Source of the DNA: Phoronis australis
Lineage: Eukaryota > Animalia > Phoronida
Assembly (NCBI GenBank): GCA_002633005.1
Contig: NMRA01000511.1
Coordinates: 216,084-280,083, forward strand
DNA length: 64,000 nt
Direction: 5' to 3'
The translations under genes were made by a program, and so were the position numbers. This document shows, piece by piece, positions 26,401 to 37,400 of the stretch; the stretch's first letter is position 1; every line of letters starts with the position of its first letter. Under the pieces are notes generated by a model. The model had not been told where the DNA came from and made no database searches. It worked only from the letters and a program-made list of their open reading frames with translations.

Positions 26401-29263
26401 AGTAGTGAGAAGGTATTTTTGTCCAGCTTATTTATCTATAAAACGAACTTTATGAAGCGCAGTTTGAGGACTGGGCATCATTCGTCAATGTCCGAAAAAG
26501 TTCCTGTGATTGCGTCCTCTAGTGGTTATTTTAGTGTTTTTTTATGTTAACCCAAGTGAAATTGTTTGACATAATGGTAAACTTCCGTGTGTTTTTGCAG
26601 CTTCCGATTATCTCGGTTTGCACGTATCGGCGACTGATGTTGCTCTTGTTATGCGCCCACGTATATAGTTGTCAATGCGAATTGCCGTCATCACTGTCTG
26701 AGTTTCTGGGCATCCAGCATCCGCTGTTGTATCTTTTAAAGCATTGTAGGGTCATTATGAATTTTGGGATATGTATTCCTATGAACCTGATGGCAGACAA
26801 CGGCGAGTGTCGAACCAATCCGAATATCGCTCTGCTCCCTAGCGGTAATTTCTTTTTCTTACTTTCACGTCTGTTTCTTTGAAAGTTCTTTGTGGATTTT
26901 CATGAGCTTTGGCAAATAGATTCCCATTAAGGGACGACAACTCCTTTACATTTTGTACAGATTCAAAATATTGTTTACCATCTGGAATCCATTTGTACAT
27001 TTTTGACGTTCGCCTGTCTATGTGCCAAACTACTCAAAGATTGGTAATGATAATTAGTACATGTAGGTGTGTTACTGATGAAAATACTGCAAAAGGCGTG
27101 GAGTTTCAACATCTAGTTGCGATTTTTTTGCGACTATGACGTTAACACCTCACTCCTGACTTCTTTGAAGAATGCTCTTCATCTTTTTCTGGTTTCCTAT
27201 AATTGTGCCTACTGCCCACGACGTTTAGCACGGCTGACAACGGCTGTGCCCCCTAGTGGCAATTTATTTTTTGCGTGCCTCGGTACCTTCAGATATTCTT
27301 TATCAGTTTTCCTTCAAATTTTGTAATTGTATTTCTTTTAGAAAGGTGACAGCATCTTTCCATTCTGGGTTGAATTTGACGCATTTTACGTTAGGAGTCA
27401 TTTGAATTATTTTCAACGCTCTTTATTTTGTCAGTCTGCTTATCGGTGTGCACCAAACCGCTCAAAGGATCAGCTTTAAAATTCCCAGATATGTTCCTGC
27501 TGCCAAATATACAACCGGTGTGGTTTTCAGAGGGGTCCTTCTTCTGTGGTGAGGAGTTTTGCATCTGTGGCTGTTTTTGAGCCGCTCACAATGTCACACT
27601 TAAGCAAGTGCATTCTATCTATGTTGACAACAGATAGACAGATCCGACTACCGTTGTATATCCTAGCGGCAGTTTCTACATATGTACCTTTGCATCTGTA
27701 TCAATGGATTTTGTATTTTCAGTTCTGTATTTCAGAGACGTCGACGACTCTCCAATTACGGATGGGTTCAACCATTTATATTGTCATTTTATAAAACTAA
27801 AAACAACCATGGAAGCTTTTATTTAGTCTGGTGGTATATCAATATCGTGATAAATACAGCCAGTCACTTTTAAAGCCAAGTTGAGAATGGTAATGGTTGT
27901 TTTGAAAGTGTGACTTTCAACTGAGTTTTTCGGCTATGATAAAAAATATATAGTTTGATTTTAGTTGGTCGATTCCTATATTGTTTGCTCGAAAGGTCAT
28001 TTTAAAAACGTACCAAATGTAATCATAATTTAGCGACAGTGATTTCGTCAGGAGGTGGTGGTCGTGGTAGCGGACGCACGTAGTTTGAGAATGGCAAACT
28101 GCATTTAGGTTTGTTAGCCGGCATCCCATTTGTCAATAAATTACAGGCTGGTCTAATCACCTAGCATTGAACCAGTTTAATGTTGGTCTATGAGCTTTGG
28201 CGTACTTTTCTTTTACAGAGTTTGGATGGCTAGTGACCACCTTAGCAATGTTTGGCAAGTTGACAAGCACCGTCCTCTTCGCAACTATTTTCCTCTATAC
28301 CCCAGAAATGTATCCAACCGCATTTAGATCAATTGCTATGGGGACAGCTTCCACGGCTGGCAGAGTCGGCGTCATTGTTGCGCCATACATTGTTATCACG
28401 GTAAGATATGCACCTGTTCACCATAAAATGTTTCCAAAAATATGTAATTAGACTTTATACCGCAAAACGACTACTCCATGGTCGGTTTACCAGTGGAAGT
28501 GTAATATTACAGAATATTGACTCAGGGATGAGATTAAAAAATTGTTAAAAGGATGAACAGGACGTGCATACCTACATGTACACAGACTCATGTTTTCATT
28601 TGCCGGACTTGCAGGGAAAGATATACTTCCGGGAACTTCCTTTGATTATTTTTGGATTGGTATCACTAGTTGTGGCCGGGACAACGTTCTTACTTCCCGA
28701 AACAGGGTCTACTTCTTTACCAGATACTTTAGAGGACTTCAAGAATCTAAAGAAGCAAAGAATAACCTGCATCCGGTGAGCTTAATTAATTATGTCTGAT
28801 GACAGGTTAATTAAACTTTCTTTGTCTTAAATGTTTCATTTTTTAAAGAATGATTTCGGGGATCAAACAAAAAGTGTGTTACCTGGAACAATAATACTTC
28901 CTGTCCACCAGCTTCTAATGGAACCTGAAGTTGGCTGTGTGTCGTAAATTAACTGTCTACCTTTTCCTCTGTCACATACGTATGTTGGTGTATATGCTAC
29001 TTCTTGCCCTTCTAGTGATGCTTATACCCATTTCTGTTTCTCAAACGAAGTGTATGTAAACAGTTGTCGATATGGATAGAAAGCTTATTTGACTTGACAT
29101 GGTCTCGCACTCCAGTCTTTCGTTATGTTGTCACGAAAGTTCAGAACTTAACGTGCGTACATGAATTTCACCGCACGTTTGATTTTCTAGTTTCAGAAAA
29201 AGAGCAGGAGCGTCCGATAGTCCTGAGGAGCTAAAGAATTTGGAGGCAGAGAAGGCCATTTGA
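2610..29263 (+). CDS. SLC22-family (organic cation/anion/carnitine transporter-like) MFS transporter; 10 coding exons, 576 aa
   Basis: Exons 2610-3044, 17956-18059, 18887-19041, 21753-21924, 22291-22444, 23158-23234, 24274-24491, 28219-28400, 28615-28775 and 29191-29263 join through GT-AG introns into a 1731-nt open frame. SLC22 hallmarks: GGFGKFQ, four loop cysteines, STIVTE|WDLVC, GMLSDRFGRK, ELVG, PESPRWL, VEIPA, LGRR, EMYPT.FR, LLPET. Confidence 0.95.
5147..5338 (-). pseudogene. Internally deleted THAP-domain fragment (TE relic)
   Basis: MPSCMVYGC....GIHLYNFP...LVPTL (AVPTIF-like); the W/C/HF segment is missing. Confidence 0.55.
7354..7407. repeat. (TG)n/(TGCG)n microsatellite
   Basis: Seen directly. 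Confidence 0.9.
8433..8491 (+). repeat. 59-nt poly(G) run inside a CAGGGCCGTAGGAA-ended MITE-like element (~8411-9080)
   Basis: Homopolymer seen directly; degenerate inverted end ttcttacggggccgctg near 9080. Confidence 0.7.
9327..9427. repeat. 36-bp minisatellite, ~2.8 copies
   Basis: tatctgcgcgtgc(c/a)(g/c)gacaagtgtacacaggcacta repeated without spacers. Confidence 0.85.
9988..10121 (+). mobile_element. MITE family A copy 1 (CAGGGGCGGATCCAGG...CACTG)
   Basis: Similar to 12533-12688 and, inverted, to 14430-14606. Confidence 0.7.
11325..11723. repeat. ~155-bp tandem repeat, ~2.5 copies
   Basis: gtaaagaat(c/t)gttatcag recurs at 11397, 11551 and 11707; the first two units are nearly identical. 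Confidence 0.85.
12533..12688 (+). mobile_element. MITE family A copy 2
   Basis: CAGGGGCAGATCCAGGATTTT...GGGGGGGCCATGGCCCCCTTGG...CCACTG. Confidence 0.7.
13691..14091. mobile_element. PIF/Harbinger-type MITE
   Basis: CAG|GGCCCGGTCTCCAATCTTTTTACTCG...CGAGTACAAAGATTAGAGACCGGGCC|CAG; 3-bp TSD. Confidence 0.8.
14430..14606 (-). mobile_element. MITE family A copy 3 with 5-bp TSD (hAT5-like)
   Basis: AGCCT|CAGTGGCGGATTTAGG...CCTGGATCCGCTCCTG|AGCCT. Confidence 0.78.
15875..17423 (+). mobile_element. Kolobok-like DNA transposon remnant with a THAP domain
   Basis: TTGA|AGCAGAAAGCCACCC...GGGTGGCATTCTCCT|TTAA (RR...YY ends, TTAA-type target). Removing it restores the LINE peptide CSNLKLNIETG. Confidence 0.78.
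16038..16240 (+). pseudogene. Frameshifted THAP (C2CH) zinc finger of the Kolobok-like element
   Basis: MPLYC/(4-nt insertion)/IVPAC...GISFFRLP...RKWL...LRVCGRHF. Confidence 0.78.
17956..18059 (+). CDS. SLC22 transporter exon 2
   Basis: ttacag|WDLVCGKEWIIASIGAALGIGKLVCSFVVGMLSDR|gtaaac; 104 nt; absent from the ORF track. Confidence 0.93.
18887..19041 (+). CDS. SLC22 transporter exon 3
   Basis: tttcag|FGRKRTMVIF...AAAFVL|gtgagt; 155 nt. Confidence 0.93.
19350..21320 (+). mobile_element. Degraded Academ-like transposon remnant (boundaries uncertain)
   Basis: Relics LTPKYV, SLP..., a Cys-rich NNHHCRCVQVG..TCK and an acidic tail DEEEFDEEGVDDNDE. Confidence 0.45.
21753..21924 (+). CDS. SLC22 transporter exon 4
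   Basis: ttgcag|GLELVGVKYRG...VRNWVTLQL...LYAW|gtttgt. Confidence 0.92.
22291..22444 (+). CDS. SLC22 transporter exon 5
   Basis: tatcag|LTPESPRWLL...IARMNG...EEKKV|gtgagt. Confidence 0.92.
22849..23012. mobile_element. Small MITE
   Basis: Inverted ends ttggcgcagagcgacataatt and aattatgtcttactgcaccaa. Confidence 0.55.
23158..23234 (+). CDS. SLC22 transporter exon 6
   Basis: tttcag|SNTKLLISLLKSRTTVLYTIANTMLW|gtaagt; phases match both neighbouring exons. Confidence 0.85.
23907..23951 (-). ncRNA. Second minimal hammerhead ribozyme copy, inverted
   Basis: Minus strand reads ctt-CTGAGGA-t-ggggtt(gaataaat)gacacc-GAAA-catg-TC-aagt, with one stem II mismatch. Confidence 0.72.
24158..24203 (+). ncRNA. 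Minimal type I hammerhead ribozyme (Penelope-like element type)
   Basis: actt-CTGAGGA-t-ggtgtt(gaataaat)gacacc-GAAA-catg-TC^-aagt. Has the CUGANGA and GAAA core, a 6-bp stem II, a palindromic CATG stem III, a GUC cleavage triplet and an actt/aagt stem I. Confidence 0.8.
24274..24491 (+). CDS. SLC22 transporter exon 7
   Basis: ttccag|FCANLLFYGLSYN...GNLYANFAISGAVEIPA...LGRR...PIPK|gtaaat. Confidence 0.93.
24549..24711. mobile_element. Small inverted-repeat element inserted in a GGT/GTN trinucleotide tract
   Basis: catccggaaaacgggtattttc ... gagaatacctgtggtgttccggaag, with GGT-type repeats on both sides. Confidence 0.5.
26240..27680 (-). repeat. Degenerate long-period repeat with five co-oriented CTCF-like motifs
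   Basis: tgcccagtggc (26266), gcgtcctctagtgg (26512), ctgctccctagcgg (26832), gtgccccctagtggc (27246) and atcctagcggc (27660); each preceded by tccga and/or gacaac. Confidence 0.55.
28219..28400 (+). CDS. SLC22 transporter exon 8
   Basis: ttacag|EFGWLVTTLAMFGK...YTPEMYPTAFRS...AGRVGVIVAPYIVIT|gtaaga. Confidence 0.93.
28615..28775 (+). CDS. SLC22 transporter exon 9
   Basis: ttgcag|GKIYFRELPLIIFG...LLPETG..LPDTLED...TCI|gtgagc. Confidence 0.9.
29191..29263 (+). CDS. SLC22 transporter exon 10 (terminal)
   Basis: ttttctag|(R)FRKRAGASDSPEELKNLEAEKAI*; a second in-frame acceptor ends at 29196. Confidence 0.75.
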
Positions 29264-30439
29264 CGATTAAAGATTGAAACTTGACGTTTTTCATTTGGTC
29301 ATTATATAAGCCGTGCTATATTTTTGTTCCATCGGTTTTGGTTTATTTTGTACAATGGCATTTTAAATCACAAGCTATTCCAATACATTATGGTGACTTA
29401 GATATCTGGCCACAGCCATTTACTTTCGAGGTGACAATAATGATGCCTATTAAAATTAGTGTTGACCTGTTGGTGCTGTGTGTGGTATCGATGACCTAAA
29501 TTGATGAATACTGAATTGTTTTGTTACAACATGTATATATAACTTGTCCACTCGCACTTACCGGTAGAGAGTGTGCCGGTGCTATGTCAACCAACACAAG
29601 AGTGCTGTTACAGATTACTTTATGGCCACATATCTGAAACAGCTTATGGGCTTCACAATGGATTGTGGGAAATTGTCCAATTGCAACAGAACCGATCGGT
29701 CAGCTCTGGTCATATTCTGTAGCTAAGGGTCCAGCGAAAACCAGGAAGCTGTGAGCCTATATCCTGATAGTAACGTTACATGGCTGCGTTACACAGAGGT
29801 ATCATACTCGCATACAAAGCTACTGGGACCTTAAGCTTATCTCGTGTTCTCACGAGTTTGTTGCCTCTGAGAGTAGCAGCCCATGCTTTCTCATTCAACT
29901 TTTCACTGCATAACTCGTCAGTCCACTGTCGTCAGTCCACTGTCGTCAGACTCCATTTGGTCCCTATCACAAGTCCATGCTTGCACAAAAGTCACCAATC
30001 GGAAACGAAATCGCTTTGTTTGTGGGTGCGAATACAACGAGCTAAGCAAAGTAACGGGTAGCAAATTGTTTGCCGAGGCAAAATAACAACACTATTACGA
30101 TCCCCATAAGTGTTTCCTGCATATTTTGTGGCTTTTCTTCGCTAAATGCGACCCAAATATGTAAACGTGTGAAAACGGGACCACATCTTATTCACATGAC
30201 TCCATCTAGCGTCATTGTGTTTGCGTAGTACCCCTATACAATGTACGTCACAACCCACCGTCAATATGTGAATTGTTGAACTCCCCAGTTTTCAAGACAA
30301 ATCTACTGATAGGGACGGACGGTAAATCCGTTTTATCCAATCCTACACTAATACATTGGAGAGACTAGAGAAACAACGTACGATCAGCATTTTAAGCCTT
30401 TATCACCGTTGCGACTAAATCGCGCAGTTCGAGTTCGTG

Positions 30440-30946
30440 CAGGGCTTAGAATTTTCCACGGAAACGCGGATTTCCGCTTTTTTCAAATGTTCTGTCCGCG
30501 TATTTTATTATATTTCCGCATAAAAAAATCTGATTTGATATAGAATTTCCGCGGCAAATTTCTTAACGCGGCGTTGCCGACGACTTTCACCTTAAAAAGT
30601 GGAAGTTGCTCTTTATGTTTCTCAGGAATGTAAATTGTCAACATTGCCGGGGCACCCGGGATAGCGTGGTTTTCTTCAATGGTGTCTCGTGAGATTGTAA
30701 ACCGCGGTGACAAATACTATGACTCTGCAGCCAAAAATGTGTGGAGGTGGGATTGGACGGATGAGCTAAAAAGACGCAGACGCACGTTTCTGGAGGTGGT
30801 ACTTTTTTTTAGTCCTCCCGATGTTTTGTCGGCAAAAGGTCCACATCAACAAAAATTCGAGCCCCCCCATTTTCAAGGCTGGGTGCCCGCATGTTTTGGG
30901 GTCGTAATATTTTCCACTTTTTTGTCACGGGTCATTCCAAGCCCTG
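30440..30946 (+). mobile_element. Non-autonomous hAT-like element with a 6-bp TSD, carrying a partial family B MITE (~30790-30893)
   Basis: TTCGTG|CAGGGCTTAGAAT...ATTCCAAGCCCTG|TTCGTG; internal MVSRE...KNVWRWDW resembles hAT transposase N-termini. Confidence 0.72.
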
Positions 30947-33499
30947 TTCGTGACAGTCAAACCAAGTCGGTCAAACGCCACGGTCACATGACGTTAAACT
31001 TAACTGTATAAACAGCCTCCCGGACAACCGCCGGTTCCTCAATCCATATATTTGTCAAACCGATTCTACCACTTAAAGTTCCAAGCGACCCTAGAGGACA
31101 TGAATCACTGGACCTGGGTTTCTGTGTGAACTATTACTAGAGTTCAACTTAGTTTGCTAAAATGATGCCAAATCGGGTTTTGGCCTATTAACAGACACTA
31201 GAAACGACTTTCTCATCCAGTTTTCTGAAACAAAATAATCATCTGCAACCCTCGACAACCATATAAAGTTTAGAGGAAAATTTGAAAACTCAGTTCAAAG
31301 TCCGCTATACGTACAAACGTGACCTACGCTTTTAGCGAATTGCACGGAAACTATGGGAAAAGAACACCCAGTAAAGACTATAATATCAAGTAGGTAGTAT
31401 AAGTTTTATTTCATTACTGCCTCGTCGACACCAATGATTCATGAGCACGTGACGTAACGAGGATGAAATCATGACTTACGATTAAGTATCCGTTTTAAAT
31501 GTACAACCATAGACCTCTGATCAGGACATTTAATGCTCATTGTGTAATGTTGTGTTAGCATGCAGTATAAGGTATTTTAAGATAGAGGAATAGTATAGAC
31601 AGTAGATCATTCAATAGTAGGAATGGTATGAACAGTAGATCATTAAGTAATGGATAGTAGATATCATAGATAGTATCCTGTACACTTGTACATAGCGCAT
31701 GTTCTCGTAATAAAAGACACTGTAAGTTTGAATGAATCTCGTCTGACTTGTCACTATGCATTCATGGGCTCCATCGACAACATTAGAATCATAAAAGTTC
31801 TTGATTTGGAAAATTCGCAAATACACTTAGAATGTGGCAAGACCTTTATCGTATAACGTCGCTTTTGTGTTTGGTTAGTTGAAACACGATTCTTTAAAAT
31901 GCACTGAGCGAATTAAGACTAGCTCATGGCCCAATCTGACGTTCCGCACAACCGAACGGTGCGCAAAGATATGGCGTTTCTGTGCAACTTTGACGGCCTT
32001 GGAAAATTGGAAAGCAGAGACGTCCCTCGTCAGTTTGCTGTTACTACATCATCCAGAAACTCAAACTTTCCTGGTTTGAAACAGACTTTTCGCGGAGTTT
32101 CCTCGCAACTCCTGAGTTTTGCACTTTTCACAGTATCAACAACGAAGGCGGTCTAAACTCGTGACGCACAGGTTCGTTGAACAAAATAATAATTTTAAAC
32201 TTCTCGGCATCTTTCTCCGTAATAGTTATATGAAAGGCTAGGGTCATGTTGTAAGCGCTTAATATGAAGGGTCAATTGTTAAATTGGGAAGACTGGCAGT
32301 TAGGTCCGTCAAGTGGATCTCTGATTCCTTATTAGAGACAATAGATTCCATCATCTGGCTCTATCTACGCGATTGGTTCCATAACAAGCAATCAGCAAAA
32401 AAAGAATTACCTCATGGGTGCTATCCACGGCGCCCCATCCAAAGCCTGAACCTCTAAATGTGAAAGGATCTATAATGTCAAAAAAGACAATGGGTTAATA
32501 GCGTCTGTCAGGTTCTCAATTTTTCTCAAGTGAAAAAAAAATGGGAGAAAATGAAATAGAAGCAGCGAAGGGTGACTCTATTATGTTAACGCCCTTCTAA
32601 AAACTGTCTCTGGATAAATAGAGCTTTGCATTCCCTAATATTGTCATCTTGAATTTAAAAATCCAATGAAGTATAATGTTCTGCTAAAAGACAGTGTAGT
32701 TTCCAAAATCTATATGCTCTTCTAAAGATGTGATTTACAAAAGTTCTCGACCTTTTCGCAATACATCCATGAACGATTGGGGTCACATTTGCAAGTGTGC
32801 AATACAGTTTAAGCTATGGGGAGAGATAACAATAATAAATTTAATGTCCAGTACAAGCTGAAAATAGGATACGACATTACGGACTGCCAGTGGCTTGCTT
32901 TGCGGATTAGGCCAAATGAGAAGCCAAAGAATTTGATAACGGACATTTCCGTAGTTTAGTGTAAGACCAATAACACAGATTAGGGAAAATTTGACTAAAC
33001 AGATCTGTTTCACGATGTTCGCAGTCTGCACTGGCTTGATACTAATGATACGAGATCGTCGAAATCTTTGTAAAACTGTCAAAGAGACTTACCTTCGCCT
33101 CTTACATACACTGTATACACAAAGATCGGGTGATAATCTAGTCTAAACGAAGCTTCAAAATAAGTTTGAAAATCTGTCAATCATTAAAGCTTTCATAAGA
33201 AACACACCAGTTTATTTTGTGAAACCACAGCGCATCGTAAGCTGTTCTGCTACAAAAACTATAAATATTTCATGTCAAACAAAAATATTGTGAATTTCAT
33301 TAAAACGTATCTATTTCAATAGTTCAATCTAATTCGACAAAGCGCACAGTATTTGCTACTGTTTCAATGATGTCCTACATGTAACGCCCAGAGTAGAAAT
33401 ATAACAACTGCAATACAGAGCTGAACTAATTGAAAATCCAATAAATTAATTTAACGCTGCGTAATAGATATCGAAGAAGTTATCAAGAAACACGCATTT

Positions 33500-33801
33500 A
33501 CACTGAAGATAACAACGGCTTGAAATTGTGGTACTCGACAAAGTCAGTAAAATGCTCACCGATCCCTGTAAGGCCCTCCCCTGTTGTCGTGGCTTTTGAC
33601 ATTGACTCCTTTATGAGCGGACGGGACCTTAACAGAATTACGCTCTCCTCGCTAGCGACCAAGTTGACCCTTGGCTGCACCCCTACCATCACGTACGGCA
33701 ACCTCACGTTCCAAGTTTGAAACTGTTTTTTGCGCCCCTCGCTATCTCCACGGCGTTTGCGGGCACAATTATTTTGTGCCCCTGGGCGTGGGTCGGCCCT
33801 G
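33500..33801 (-). mobile_element. Possible hAT remnant upstream of the LRP-like start codon
   Basis: Minus-strand CAGGGCCGACCC end; peptide SRPLIKESMSKATTTGEGLTGIGEH weakly resembles the hAT dimerisation domain. Confidence 0.35.
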
Positions 33802-34414
33802 AAAGACCAAGGAAAATTGCTCCTGGTTAACCTTTCGCATTGGGTCTAAAATGCTTGTGGCCGAGAAAGAATGTTAGTCCACCGTACTAAATCCGTAATG
33901 CGAAAGCCCTAAAAGAATTGGAAAATGCGTACACAAATTCCAGCCGTGGCTGCGCATGCCCGTGCATGTAAGTTAAGCTTGCCCGTGTGACCCAAGGTAC
34001 AAATCAATGCGAAGTCCTCGGCTGTGGCTGCCCGGCGAATGTGCCACACCCACTGACAATCGACGCAAAATACATTTCTGTCCCAGACGCCAAATATTGC
34101 CCCAGTTTGCACTTGACACAAAGGCCACTACACTGTATTTGCGCAGGTAAACTTTCATCACGCATGTAGCGTATTCAAGAAGTTGATTTTTTTACATGTT
34201 TGTCTCTTTACAAACGTCAAAGGATGAATTCAAGCGTACATTATATGCGGTGTGCGTGACGTTGGGTTGGCCCGCGATTGACACAGTCGGCTGGAAACTT
34301 GTAGGGTGCGCAAATACCGATGAGATGTTGTGTTTATCCGAAGTCTGATTCTTGATTTTCCACATAACGTTGAAGTTCTTCTCAGTACCATAAATACGCG
34401 AGACTTGAGCTAGA

Positions 34415-34496
34415 ATGGGGACTACGCTGAGAAATCTTGTCTACGTCATAGCAGCCCTGGTCAGCCTATCTGCGGGGCAGCAAACTCCGCAAACAG
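34415..34496 (+). CDS. LRP-like exon 1 (signal peptide)
   Basis: MGTTLRNLVYVIAALVSLSAGQQTPQT, donor gtgagt; phase 1 matches exon 2. Confidence 0.75.
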
Positions 34497-37400
34497 GTGA
34501 GTGTGGTCATAGAAGTCGTCTCAAGCCCACCACTTTGTGCCGACAAGGAATTGCATCAAAGTACCTTAGCTCTAAAAATCGATTTTGCACTGACGATTGT
34601 GTTGCATTGCAGAATGTGTTGGTATTTTAATGTCGGATTTTAAATGTTGAAACTCCTGTTAGGTTGAGTCATAAGTGACGAAGAAAATAACCTGCAACAT
34701 TAAATTGAACATTTGCCCTCGCAACAGGAAAAGGACGTGGGTAGACGTTTACCACCAATCCTTGGAGAGGTTCTTAATGTGGTCTTTGAGGTATAACGGT
34801 CAGTTATACCGCATTGATTTTACCCTGGACCGACTCATTTCGAGACGTACATGTATGTCCACCGACTAAAAAGCCTCGTCCACACTAATTTGAACAAGGT
34901 CTTGGCGTTTGCTTTGGGATACCTATACAAAGAAACGTAAAAAGGCGTAGGGAATGTCTGAAGCGCTAAGATTTGCAAACCAGTAATTAAAAAATGCCGC
35001 ATCAAATTTACTCGTCTGGGGTGGATATTTTCTTTGAAAAAGTGAGCAAATAAAAAAAAACAAACAAACACTGCACCACAGACCAAAAACAACTTTGTCC
35101 CTTTTTGATCTTGACAATGATTTTGTTTGGCATGTGCGTGGAAGAGAAGTGACAAAACTGCAAAGAAGCATATGAGAAAGAGATATGACTCCTGGGGACT
35201 TCGTTTGGTATCTGAATGCTCATAACAAGCCAAGCAGGAACGATTTCACACCGGTTATTTGCTACTTAATGATGCAAGTCTTCTTACAGCTAACACCTTC
35301 ACCCGGTGCATTTTATATCCGGTTGCTTGAGGTTTAAGTGTGCACGAACTACGACCTATAACGACCCGGCTGTATGGTTCATCTTAAAGTTGCGCCATGT
35401 TCAAGATTATAGTGCGTGTCCCTTTGAGTATCTGGGGTATGTAGGAGATTTGAGGTTCGGTTTTACGTTTGATGATTTTTCTATCGCAAAAGAAATACGG
35501 TAGAGCCCAAAGAAAGGTCACGCACTTTAGCAGTGTTCACATGCTTACACTCTGTTCACATGGTGTCCCCATACTCGGAACAAGATCCGCTACCTGTCGA
35601 AGAATTCACGTGTGAAGGGTAGCCAAACGTCTGCATAGTACTTGCGTCTAACAACCCAAACCAGGCGACTGGTGTGACTTCTTACTACCCAAAAATCTAG
35701 ATTCTGATGACGTGACTCTGCGAGCTCATGGTGAACATGCATTGTTGGCCAGAATATAATCATTTCGTACTGTCTTGATATCCAAATTATATGTACGATG
35801 AGAGATAGAATGCCTTCGTGAATGCTCAGTGATCCGCTTCTGATCAGACGACTAATCTGCCTTCTTATAAAAAAAATTACAAACAGCGGTCACACATAAC
35901 CGTCTGATTTCCCTGGTCTCATCTAAGCGTTACTGGAGAGTGCATGTACGACCTGCCATCTTATACCACTTCCTAACTCAGAGGCAGATCTTTCTTCTCG
36001 TAACCGGAGAAGTGTACATTTCAATGACGTTAACTTGAGGGTAGGCACTGATGACTCTTGGAATGATCGCAAGTAATTGGCCAGAGCACTAGAATATTGC
36101 AAAATTTTGTTATGCTAATACTAAGTACAGCTACACAGCTTAAAGGGGCTTTTCTGAAAGTTCATCTTTAGCGGCTGATCTGCCTTTCGAGTTAGACATC
36201 CTCAGTACTACTGGGCAAAGGTATTACGTCTTTTCACGTGCTTCTATCATGGTACTTGTGGTCAAGTCACAAATTACGACTACAAAACATCGTTGAGTTA
36301 ACAAAAACGTGGCAAATTTGGTCTACCTGAATTGGATGTTTAAAGAGGCCGCCCATGGGCGTAAACCGTGTATACACATGTAGTATAAATTGCCCGTAAA
36401 TCTAATTCAATGGCAAATTAGCATTTACCAGCATTGTGTTCAGATCAATGAGTTTCATGATTTATTTGCCGCATGCAACCTTGTAAACACAACTTCAGAG
36501 TGAACTTAGGACAAGCGTCGTGTTCTGAGGGTTCACCATGCATAGTAGGTCAAATATTTGTACGGATTATGAAAACAATATGAGGCCTGAGTGGTGAACC
36601 AAAACAACAAGCCGTTGTATTGTTACTGGTCATGTTCCCTATTAGGCAGTGTGGGCCACAGGGTGACACATGACAGTTAAATATCCATTATTTTTGGGAT
36701 CTATTATAGCATTATACCAAGCGCGTGAACTGTAATAACATATAGGCACATTATAGGTCAATACATCAACTTACGGACCGCTATTGAGATTGAAACGTAA
36801 CAGTCTATGTCTGTATTTGGATAACAACTGAACACATCAACCGAAGTTTTATGAGTAAATGGTACTCATATTCCAAACGTCACTTAGTTTTGAAATATCT
36901 TGACTATGATATCACACTGGACTCTCAACTGAGAACACTTTTTGTCAAAATGTTCCCGGGTTTCCTAATATTTTGTTGTTTACAAATAAATAACGATCTG
37001 ATCCTTAAGGTACTGATTAGACACAACCGAAATTCATCTGGTGTCACGAACAGCCTAGACTGCGTTTGAACATCATAGTTGGTGACACAAGATTTACAGA
37101 AGTTCTGTTTGTTCAGATGAGGCGTTTAGATTAAAATCGAAACGTTGATCATGAACTCTTAGCACTATATTCATAACACGGGAAAACCTTGAATATTCGT
37201 AAACCCGTTGGATGTATGATTGAATGTATATGCTAGAGTACGATTTTATTGACTTAATACGTGAGTGCTACGTGTTGCCGGCTAAAGAATATTTGGAATA
37301 TTTGGAGACACATTACAGTCCGTAGTAGGAAGGCAACTTTACGGTGTTAGACGCTGCAAAAAAATACAAAGTTTGCCTCACCACTCCAAAACCCAGTCGC

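Noticed and set aside
34385-34400. TATA-like cataaata upstream of the LRP-like ATG
   Set aside because: Too close to the ATG and common by chance; there is no transcript evidence.
36170-36210. Minus-strand CTGAGGA...GAAA hammerhead-like string
   Set aside because: No stem II pairing between the core boxes. Other CTGANGA occurrences checked by eye also lacked the fold.
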